NCBI GenBank assembly: GCA_944389655.1
Contig: CALXND010000003.1
Coordinates: 1 to 58,040 of the forward strand
Direction: 5' to 3'
Length of the DNA stretch: 58,040 nucleotides
Source: an uncultured Clostridia bacterium
GTDB taxonomy: Bacteria > Bacillota > Clostridia > TANB77 > CAG-508
A model generated the notes under the pieces. The model searched no databases. It worked only from the letters and a program-made list of their open reading frames with translations, and was not told the DNA's origin. This document shows positions 1-8,397 of the stretch, piece after piece. How positions within the stretch are numbered: the stretch's first letter is position 1; each line of letters opens with the position of its first letter. The position numbers were made by a program, and so were the translations under genes.

Positions 1-86
1 GAATTTTGTAGAACTTTTTGTAGAACTACAAAATTTTTAAAATTAAAACACCAAGTTTGAATCTTCCGAAACACTTGATGCTCTTA

Positions 87-174
87 TGGTGCAGATGGCC
101 GGAATCGAACCGGCACGGTTTATTCAACCGCAGGATTTTAAGTCCTGTGCGTCTACCAGTTCCGCCACATCTGC
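87..174 (-). tRNA. tRNA-Leu(TAA)
   Basis: Reverse complement GCAGATGTGGCGGAACTGGTAGACGC...GGAC-TTAAAA-TCC...long variable arm...GGTTCGATTCCGGCCATCTGCACCA; cloverleaf with encoded CCA. Confidence 0.95.
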
Positions 175-713
175 GTTTTTGAAACTGACATTTATTATTT
201 TACTACTATTATCTGTACTTTGTCAAGTGATTTTTCAATTTTTTTACGTAATTTTTGTATCACAAAATTTTCATTGCCATTGCAACAACTTTTTTCTAAA
301 AAACGTTGTCCATATCTCGTTTTATATTTTTCTTTTATAAATTTCTTTTATTTAATTGTTAAGTTACTTTTTTCTCCTCTTGTATTAATTTATTAAAATT
401 TTTTCTTCTTGCTGTCTCTTTTTATCGTTTTTTCTTTATTCTACCTCTGCACATTATTCCTATACTAGTAAATATTATGTCTCCAATCGTACTAACCCTA
501 ATTTTAAATTTCTACTTATTATAACTCTATGGTTTTCTGGTATTCTTCTTATTGGTGTATAACTCAATGGTAGATTTTGTAGGCTTTCTAATATTTAACA
601 ATTTTATCTTCTAACTATCGATGCATACAATTTTAAATTAGTAATGATGTCTAAGAACAATTTTAATATTTTTTAATATAATGTTATAAATTAAAAAAAA
701 GGACTGATGTGAA

Positions 714-1775
714 ATGAAAAAATACAGATTAGCTATTGTTGGCGCCACAGGCGTTGTTGGAAGAACGATTCTTAAGGTTTTAGAAGAAGAAGATTTACCT
801 ATTTCAGAGTACGTACTATTTTCCTCTAAAAAATCTGCTGGTAAAAAAATCAATTTTTTTGATAAGACTTATATAGTTCAAGGATTAAACGAATTATCGT
901 TTGATAGTGGCTTTGATTTTGCAATTTTCTCCGCAGGTAGTTCTACATCAATTAAGTATGCTCCTATAGCATCATCTAAAAATTGTATTGTTATAGATAA
1001 TAGCAGTGCTTTTAGAATGGATAAAGACGTTCCTTTAATAGTTCCAGAAGTAAATCCTGAAGAAATACCAAATAACAAAGGAATTATTGCCAATCCAAAT
1101 TGTTCTACTATCCAAGCTGTATTGCCCTTAAAAGCTTTAGACGAAAAATATGTAATAAAAAGAATTGTTTATTCTACCTACCAAGCTGTCTCCGGAGCTG
1201 GAAAAGATGGAATAATGGATTTAGAAAATGGCATTCAGAACTATGTAAAGAACTATAAAAATAGTAATTTGGAATTTAAAGATTCCTATGATTTAAAAAA
1301 ATTTAATTATCCTATCTTTTCTAACTGTTTACCACACATAGATAAATTTTTAGATAATGGATATACAAAGGAAGAAGAAAAAATGATTAATGAAACTCGA
1401 AAAATTTTAAAAAAGCCAAATTTACCAATAACTGCAACTACTGTTAGAGTTCCCGTTTTTAATTCTCATAGCGAGTCTATAAATGTAGAATTTGAGAATA
1501 GCTTTGATTTAAAAGAACTGGTTAATACTTTAACTTCATTTCCAGGAATTGTTGTTGAAGATAATTTAGTACTTAACGACTTTAAAGAAAATATAACTTC
1601 ACCAATATATCCTCTAGCTACGAGTGCTTCTGGGCATAATGATGTTTTTGTTGGAAGAATTCGTAAAGATTTCAGTGTTAAATATGGAGTTAATCTATGG
1701 GTGGTAGCAGATAATATTCGTAAAGGTGCAGCTACTAATGCTGTTCAAATTTTAAAGGAATTGATTAAATCTTAG
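714..1775 (+). CDS. asd: aspartate-semialdehyde dehydrogenase
   Basis: GATGVVG, IDNSSAFRM, NPNCSTIQ, TYQAVSGAG and DNIRKGAATNAVQI motifs. Confidence 0.97.
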   Translation: MKKYRLAIVGATGVVGRTILKVLEEEDLPISEYVLFSSKKSAGKKINFFDKTYIVQGLNELSFDSGFDFAIFSAGSSTSIKYAPIASSKNCIVIDNSSAFRMDKDVPLIVPEVNPEEIPNNKGIIANPNCSTIQAVLPLKALDEKYVIKRIVYSTYQAVSGAGKDGIMDLENGIQNYVKNYKNSNLEFKDSYDLKKFNYPIFSNCLPHIDKFLDNGYTKEEEKMINETRKILKKPNLPITATTVRVPVFNSHSESINVEFENSFDLKELVNTLTSFPGIVVEDNLVLNDFKENITSPIYPLATSASGHNDVFVGRIRKDFSVKYGVNLWVVADNIRKGAATNAVQILKELIKS

Positions 1776-1859
1776 CACTATACTTAACTATAAGTTAATT
1801 ATATTTTAATAATTACTAGAGATTTTAATATAATTTCAACTTACACATATGTATATTCA

Positions 1860-1910
1860 ATCGAGTAGAGAATAAATAATTATTTTATTTATTTCCTCTC
1901 ACACCACCAC
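1860..1910 (-). mobile_element. group IIC intron 3'-end remnant (end of DV plus DVI)
   Basis: Minus strand reads GGTGGTGTGAGAGG...CTCTACTCGAT, the typical class C 3' terminus; abuts a stem-loop at 1911-1970. Confidence 0.6.
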
Positions 1911-2343
1911 AATGCTGTCAGCTTAAGAAAATAATTTAATTTTTTACATAATTTTTAAGCTGATAGCATTTTTAGCATAAATCCATTTGATTCTCCATAT
2001 ATTCCTGTTACTCTTGCTCTATCTGATTCTCTGCCTCCTAAACTATTTTTTATGTTTTATATCCTTTTTTTAATTTCATTTCATTAGGAAGTTAAATCAA
2101 AGAATCTTTTATTACACAAACATTATATCCTTCTTTACTTGCTGTAGATAGATAATTTATTAATTTTGAGTAACCACTTGAGATACGCTATACTTTTCTT
2201 AATACTTTCTAACTATTATCTATTTCTAAGTTTTAGCAAGTCATTGAAAATAATGAAATATCAAAGAAAAAAAGTTAAGCTTTTTTGCATAGTTTTTCTT
2301 AGAAGAAAGCTTAACTTAAAACATAATATTTTTTTATTATGTA

Positions 2344-2418
2344 TTATTCTTTTATTCCAAATATTAGTTTTACTATTCCTCTTAGAAACTTTGGAACCTT
2401 TTTTACAACAATAGTCAT
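2344..2418 (-). CDS. spoVM: SpoVM-like amphipathic spore morphogenesis peptide (24 aa)
   Basis: MTIVVKKVPKFLRGIVKLIFGIKE carries the PKFLxGIV signature; AGGAGG RBS upstream. Confidence 0.8.
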   Translation of the reverse strand: MTIVVKKVPKFLRGIVKLIFGIKE

Positions 2419-2456
2419 ATTATCTTTCCTCCTATCATCCTCATAATAATTATTTT

Positions 2457-2606
2457 TTAGCAACATAGCCACATTATTCCTATTGCAACTATTATAATTC
2501 CTATTAAAAATAGCCAACCAGAAATAGGAAGTAATAATACCAGTAGAATTCCTAAGCCCAAGCCGATAAAACATACTGCAATCGTCTTCCTTAATATTTT
2601 TAACAT
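2457..2606 (-). CDS. small membrane protein (49 aa) upstream of spoVM
   Basis: MLKILRKTIAVCFIGLGLGILLVLLLPISGWLFLIGIIIVAIGIMWLCC; hydrophobic, AAAGGA RBS; below the ORF-track cutoff. Confidence 0.7.
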   Translation of the reverse strand: MLKILRKTIAVCFIGLGLGILLVLLLPISGWLFLIGIIIVAIGIMWLCC

Positions 2607-2858
2607 AACCAAATCACATTCCTTTCTAAATCGAAAACTAGTTTATAACATTATTACTTCCTTCATTTATATATTATATTATACAACCTATCTTTTAGTT
2701 ACTATATTTGTTTACAATAATTTAAATTTTGTTTATACTAAATTCTCAAATTTTTTCAACAATACTGATAAAGCTTCAAACACTCTAGTTATTGTATCTT
2801 CTTTACAATTATAAAAATAATATGAGGTACAATTGAAAAAGAAACATTTAAAACTAAT

Positions 2859-3509
2859 TTAGTTATATATGTTTCTTTTTTTCATATTTTCATATTCGCA
2901 AAATTTGTTAATAACACAATTCTCACATTTAGGTAAACGTGCAGTACAAACTGCCCTACCATGATATATAAAAACGTGATTAATATCTTTAAAATATTCA
3001 TTTGGGAATATTTTTAATAAATCCTCTTCTATTTTTTCTGGCTGTTTCTTATTTGAAAGTCCTATCCTGTTTGAAAGTCTTTTAACATGAGTATCTACTG
3101 CTATTCCTTGCGGTTTATTAAATGCTTCTAACATTACTACATTGGCAGTTTTTCTTCCTACTCCTGGCAAGGTAAGTAATTCGCTCATTGTATCGGGTAC
3201 ATTGCTTCCAAAGTCATTTACAATTTTTTGAGCAGTTTTTTTGATATTCATTGCTTTATTTTTATAAAACCCACATGGATGAATTAGTTCTTCTAACGTT
3301 TCAAGTGGTATTTTTATAAAGTCCTCTGGCGTAGAATATTTAGAAAAAATAGCTGGCGTAGTTTTATTTACTCTCTCATCAGTACATTGTGCTGAAAGAA
3401 TAACTGCTATAAGCATTTCAAATGGAGTTGAAAAATCCAAACTACATTTGGCATCAGGATATGTTCTTTTTAAAATCATTAATAATTTTATTGCTTCACT
3501 CTTCGTCAT
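2859..3509 (-). CDS. nth: endonuclease III
   Basis: ILSAQCTDERVN, HhH LPGVGRKTANVV, VDTHV, C-terminal 4Fe-4S Cys motif. Confidence 0.96.
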   Translation of the reverse strand: MTKSEAIKLLMILKRTYPDAKCSLDFSTPFEMLIAVILSAQCTDERVNKTTPAIFSKYSTPEDFIKIPLETLEELIHPCGFYKNKAMNIKKTAQKIVNDFGSNVPDTMSELLTLPGVGRKTANVVMLEAFNKPQGIAVDTHVKRLSNRIGLSNKKQPEKIEEDLLKIFPNEYFKDINHVFIYHGRAVCTARLPKCENCVINKFCEYENMKKRNIYN

Positions 3510-3569
3510 TAAATTTCCCTTCTTTAAAATATCAAATTTATCTCCTCACAACTAGTAATATTTTTATAA

Positions 3570-4487
3570 TTATTTTAAGAATCCATTTATTATTTGTTTC
3601 TCTGCTTCTTTTTCAGTTAATCCTAGTGTCATAAGCTTTATCAGTTGTTCACCAGCAATTTTTCCTATTGCTGCTTCATGTATTAAACTAGCTTCTATAT
3701 TATTGGCCTCTATCTTAGGATCTGATATTACTTTAGCATTTCCCATAATAATTGCATCACATTCTACATGTCCAAAACATTTTGCATTTCCTTTAACGTT
3801 TGAAATAAACTCCTGAACAGAATTATCTTCTGCAACAGATCTTGATGCTACATGCACACTAGAATCTTTTCCATTCAAGTTAACATCAAATATAGTTTTT
3901 GCTATTTGATTTTCAGTAGTCATTATTCTTTCTGAAATTATTAGTCTACTGCCCTTTTCCATGTTAGCCTCTGTTTTTCTTATAGTAGAAGTTACTCCTT
4001 TTATTTGCACTGATTCCATTTCCATTATAGCATTTTCGCATAAATTTATTTTAGTTTCAGGATTTAAAATTCTATCACCTACTCCTGCACCTTCTCCATA
4101 ATGTTTTTCTATATATCTTACTCTAGCACCTTTTTCGATATGAAATGAGTGTATACCATCGTGTTCTGCTGTTTCGCATGTACTGTTATGAATCCCACAC
4201 CCTGCAATAATTACCACATCTGCGTTTTCGCCTATATAAAAATCATTATATACTAAATCTCTAAATCCCCCATTAGTCAAGATTACAGGAATATGTACAC
4301 TTTCATTTTTTGTATTTGCTTTTACTATTATATCTATCCCCGATTTATTTTTTTTTGTTACTATATCTATATTAGCAGTTGTATTTTTAGCTATTCCTTC
4401 ACCATTTTCTCGTATATTATAAGCTCCTACTGGTATTGTTTCTAAATCTGCAATTTGCTTTAATAAAGCTTTTTCTATTTTATCCAT
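3570..4487 (-). CDS. sufB: SufB/SufD-family Fe-S scaffold (SmsB-like)
   Basis: GHVECDAII, HEAAIGKIAGEQLIKLMTLGLTEKEA; directly downstream of a SufC-like ATPase. Confidence 0.88.
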   Translation of the reverse strand: MDKIEKALLKQIADLETIPVGAYNIRENGEGIAKNTTANIDIVTKKNKSGIDIIVKANTKNESVHIPVILTNGGFRDLVYNDFYIGENADVVIIAGCGIHNSTCETAEHDGIHSFHIEKGARVRYIEKHYGEGAGVGDRILNPETKINLCENAIMEMESVQIKGVTSTIRKTEANMEKGSRLIISERIMTTENQIAKTIFDVNLNGKDSSVHVASRSVAEDNSVQEFISNVKGNAKCFGHVECDAIIMGNAKVISDPKIEANNIEASLIHEAAIGKIAGEQLIKLMTLGLTEKEAEKQIINGFLK

Positions 4488-4514
4488 ATATTTTTACACC
4501 TCTTTTCTTTCTGT

Positions 4515-5234
4515 CTAACTACTTTGTATACACTTATTTTTATAGCATAAGTTATCCTTACTAAATAAATACGGCAATATTTCTTCCTTTTTTCCGTGTT
4601 TTTGTACCACCCCATCGGAAATCAATATTATATCATCTGCAATATTTAAGATTCTTTCTTGATGTGATATTATCATAATAGAACCTTTTAAGTTATCATG
4701 CATATTTTCAAATACTGATATTAAATTATTAAAACTCCATAAATCGATTCCTGCTTCTGGTTCGTCAAATATTGTAAGCCTAGATTGTTTAGCAGCAAGC
4801 ATAGCAATTTCTATTCTTTTAAGCTCTCCTCCTGATAATTCCCCATTAACTTCTCTATTTAAATACTCTTGAGCACATAGCCCAACATCTGATAATATCT
4901 CACAAGCATCACAGACTTTTATACTATTACCAGATGATATTTCTATTAGATCTTTTACAGTAAGGCCTTTAAATTTAACCGGTTGTTGAAATGCAAAACC
5001 AATTCCTATTTTGGCTCTTTCCGTAATTGAAAAATTTGTAATATCTTTTTGGTTAAATATTATTTTTCCTGAGTCTGGTTTTTCTATTCCCATTATAATT
5101 TTTGCAAGCGTTGATTTTCCTGAACCATTTGGTCCTGTTATAACTATCATTTTATTATCATCTATGTTTAAGTTTATATTTTTTAATATTTTTTTATTAT
5201 CCCTTGAAAAACATATTTCTTTTAATTCTAGCAT
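4515..5234 (-). CDS. sufC: SufC-like ABC ATPase (SmsC-like)
   Basis: GPNGSGKST, LSGGELKRIE, FDEPEAGID; start moved to ATG at 5234 after GAAGGAAG. Confidence 0.88.
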   Translation of the reverse strand: MLELKEICFSRDNKKILKNINLNIDDNKMIVITGPNGSGKSTLAKIIMGIEKPDSGKIIFNQKDITNFSITERAKIGIGFAFQQPVKFKGLTVKDLIEISSGNSIKVCDACEILSDVGLCAQEYLNREVNGELSGGELKRIEIAMLAAKQSRLTIFDEPEAGIDLWSFNNLISVFENMHDNLKGSIMIISHQERILNIADDIILISDGVVQKHGKKEEILPYLFSKDNLCYKNKCIQSS

Positions 5235-5599
5235 TCTTCCTTCCTTTCTGCTTAAGCTACTCTCTATATATTTTTTAATATACTTATTATATCTTGAAAA
5301 TAATGATATTGTATATTTTACCATTTTTTCTTACATTTTACAATCCCTATTCTTAATACTTTAACATTATTTTTATCTATAACATTTATTTACAGTATTT
5401 ATTAAACTATAAATTTTTACACACACTTTTCGCTTTCTTATCATAAACAGCTAGATTGTATTTTTCTATGTAATTAGTAATATCTAATTTAGCTATAATT
5501 TCTTACAAATTAATTAAACTTCAGCCCTGTCACTAAAAAAAGAGTCCCCAAATAAAATAGGGACACTCTTTATACTATAACTATATTAAATTAATTTTA

Positions 5600-6061
5600 T
5601 TATTTTATTGCTTCTATTCTATAGTCTTTGGCATTAGCAACACTTGCTGATATTGTAGCATTTATTTTTGCAGATTGACCTGGTTCTATATCTTCTATTA
5701 TAGCTCTAAATGTAGCAATTTGTTCATCATTATCATCTAATACAACTATATTAACACTTTCTTGTTCGTGTTTTTCAGTACCTATATTTTTTACATCTGC
5801 TAGCATGACTGACATTCCATCTTTTTCTGTAAATTGCATGTTACTAATTTCAAGATTGTTGTACTTTTTGGTTGCATTAAAGTCACTACTTGTATTTAAT
5901 TTAGTTCCATCCTCTAAAGTCGTTGTGTATTTTTCTTCATTTGCGCCTTGCTCTCCTGTTTTAGTTTCAGCCTTAGGATTCCTTAAAACAACTATTGCCA
6001 CTATTGCTACAACCAAAATTAATAATAACACCAATATCATTATTTTTTCTTTTTTACTCAT
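5600..6061 (-). CDS. membrane-anchored exported hypothetical protein
   Basis: N-terminal TM helix followed by a beta-rich domain (ADVKN...IEPGQS); GGAGG RBS. Confidence 0.7.
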   Translation of the reverse strand: MSKKEKIMILVLLLILVVAIVAIVVLRNPKAETKTGEQGANEEKYTTTLEDGTKLNTSSDFNATKKYNNLEISNMQFTEKDGMSVMLADVKNIGTEKHEQESVNIVVLDDNDEQIATFRAIIEDIEPGQSAKINATISASVANAKDYRIEAIK

Positions 6062-6317
6062 ATTACTTTTCCTCCCGTACATAATTTATTATATTTTATC
6101 TTATAGAAAAAATTTGTCAATATATTTTTTTAATGTAACATAAATTTAACATTTTTGTAATATTCTTGTAATATATTTTATATTATTTTATCATTTTTTC
6201 CATAAATTATACATATTTTTAAGATTTCTATTTATTTTTTTTAAATTTTATAGTATAATATTTATTGAGATTTTAATTATTATTTACTAGAGCAAAATTG
6301 CTCAAATGGAGGTTAGT

Positions 6318-6767
6318 ATGTGGATATTTTGGCTAATTGCAGCAGGAATATTTTTTATAATTGAAATGGCTACAATTGGATTTTTAGTCTTTTGGCTTGG
6401 TATTGGTGCTTTACTTGCCATGGTTACAAGTTTTATAACAGATAGTATTTTAATTCAATCTATAGTGTTTCTTGTAACATCTACCCTACTTTTAATATTT
6501 ACAAGACCTCTTGTAAATAAATTTATAAAAGTGCCAAAAGAGATTAAAACAAATGCCTATTCGATAATTGGAAAAAAAGGAATTGTTATTTCAAAAATAA
6601 ATAATATAGAAGGTAATGGGCAAATCAAGATAGATGGTGATGTTTGGTCTGCCAAAGGATTGCAAGATGAAGAAATACCAAAAGACACAGAAGTTGAAAT
6701 TGTTGAAATTGACGGTGTTAAAGCTGTAGTAAAAAAAGTAGAAAATACATCTACCTCATCTATTTAA
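6318..6767 (+). CDS. NfeD-family membrane protein
   Basis: N-terminal TMs, C-terminal GQIKIDGDVWSA OB-fold; upstream of an SPFH gene. Confidence 0.9.
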   Translation: MWIFWLIAAGIFFIIEMATIGFLVFWLGIGALLAMVTSFITDSILIQSIVFLVTSTLLLIFTRPLVNKFIKVPKEIKTNAYSIIGKKGIVISKINNIEGNGQIKIDGDVWSAKGLQDEEIPKDTEVEIVEIDGVKAVVKKVENTSTSSI

Positions 6768-6912
6768 TATTTTTTAAGTATAGAAAAATTTGATTTTTTT
6801 CTTTGATATTCCAAGAATCTAAGCTATTTTTCTATACAATTTATTAGATTAACATGTTTTTAATTTTTAAATTTATATATAATAGAGCTATATGGCTCGA
6901 ATGGAGGTTTAT

Positions 6913-7887
6913 ATGTGGTTTTTAATCGTACTATTAGTTATTATACTAATAATAGCATTTAAAACAATCAGAATAGTAAAACAATCTGAAGTTTATATTA
7001 TTGAAAGACTTGGTAAATTTTATAAAATAGCAGATGCTGGTCTTACAATAATAGTTCCATTTTTTGATCATGTTCGTAGCATCGTAAGCTTAAAACAACA
7101 AACAATGGACATTCCACCACAAGGTGTTATTACTAAAGATAACGTTACAATTACCATAGATACAGTTGTGTTCTATAAAGTAACAGACCCTGCAAAAGCA
7201 GTTTATGAAATTCAAAGTTTGAAAAAAGGTATTGAATATTTAGCCATTACTACAATTCGTGATATTGTTGGTAAGATGGATTTAGACTCAACTTTTAGTT
7301 CTCGCGATGCTATTAATGATAAATTAAGAGTATTACTTGATGAAGCAACAGATCAATGGGGTTGTAAAATAGACAGAGTTGAAATTAAAGATATTACACC
7401 ACCTGCCGATATTAGAGACGCAATGGAAAAACAAATGAACGCAGAAAGAAATAAAAGAGCTTTAATCCTTCAAGCAGAAGGTGAAAGACAATCTGCAATT
7501 ACTCTTGCAGAAGGTAAAAAAGAGGCTGCAATATTAGAAGCAGAAGCTGATAGAGAAGCTAGAATAAGAAGAGCTGCCGGTGAAGCAGAAGCTATAAAGA
7601 AAGTTGCTGAAGCTAAAGCAGAAGAAGTACATATGGTATATGATGCTATGATGAAAGCTAAACCAGATGAAAAATTAGTTCAACTAAAATCTTTAGAAGC
7701 TTTAAAAGAGGTTGCAAATGGTGAAGCTAATAAAGTATTTATTCCATTTGAAGCAACTAGTGCTCTTGCTAGTCTAGGTACTGCTGCTGAGATGTTTAAA
7801 AATGATAAGAAAAGACCTAGAAAAAGCCAAATAATTGATGTAAATGATACAGATGATAATGGAAATAATGTAACAATTGAACAATAA
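6913..7887 (+). CDS. SPFH/band 7 (stomatin, QmcA-like) protein
   Basis: IERLGKF, ITKDNV, AMEKQMNAERNKRA, AEGERQSAI. Confidence 0.93.
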   Translation: MWFLIVLLVIILIIAFKTIRIVKQSEVYIIERLGKFYKIADAGLTIIVPFFDHVRSIVSLKQQTMDIPPQGVITKDNVTITIDTVVFYKVTDPAKAVYEIQSLKKGIEYLAITTIRDIVGKMDLDSTFSSRDAINDKLRVLLDEATDQWGCKIDRVEIKDITPPADIRDAMEKQMNAERNKRALILQAEGERQSAITLAEGKKEAAILEAEADREARIRRAAGEAEAIKKVAEAKAEEVHMVYDAMMKAKPDEKLVQLKSLEALKEVANGEANKVFIPFEATSALASLGTAAEMFKNDKKRPRKSQIIDVNDTDDNGNNVTIEQ

Positions 7888-8160
7888 AATTTTTTGATAC
7901 AAAATATTCATTTATATTAGACACAAACAGTATGTTTATTTAAGTTAAGCATACTGTTTTTCTAATTGTATAGGAAAAATCGACTTTTCACCTGATATTT
8001 CAGTATTTCTAACGATTTTTGCTATACAACAATGTTAGGCTTCCTTGGGCCGTGCATATTCGCAAAGCGAAATGCACATGTATGCGCCGAAAGCTTTGCT
8101 TTCGCTAGCGCATGCCTTTCTTATAATTTTTGCCACCACGCTGACTATGTTGTAAAATAA

Positions 8161-8368
8161 ATTATAGACCAAAGTTAATATATTCAAAATTTGTGAGAAT
8201 ATGGAATGGAAAGTGATTTGAAAATACTAATTCTTAAGAAATTTTTGCAGGGAATCTCAAAACATTTTGAGGGCGCTGCAAAAATTTCGTTAGAATTAGT
8301 TTGAAAATCAGCTTGACCGACATATTCGTTTGCAAATTTTTAATATATTAACTTTGACCATTTATAAT
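8161..8368. repeat. long imperfect inverted-repeat element, family A, copy 1
   Basis: Arms CAAAGTTAATATATT.../...AATATATTAACTTTG; near-identical inverted copy at 54274-54533. Confidence 0.85.
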
Positions 8369-8397
8369 ATTGTAATAGCTTGCGTGATATAAAAAAA

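Noticed and set aside
86-340. 84-aa ORF
   Set aside because: It is the antisense shadow of tRNA-Leu.
1975-2055. Coding-like minus-strand stretch KNSLGGRESDRARVTGIYGESNGF
   Set aside because: No valid start codon and no family recognised; at most a gene remnant.
2344-2574. 76-aa ORF containing an in-frame CGG
   Set aside because: Artefactual N-terminal extension of spoVM overlapping the real 49-aa gene in another frame, where the bases read ATC GGC.
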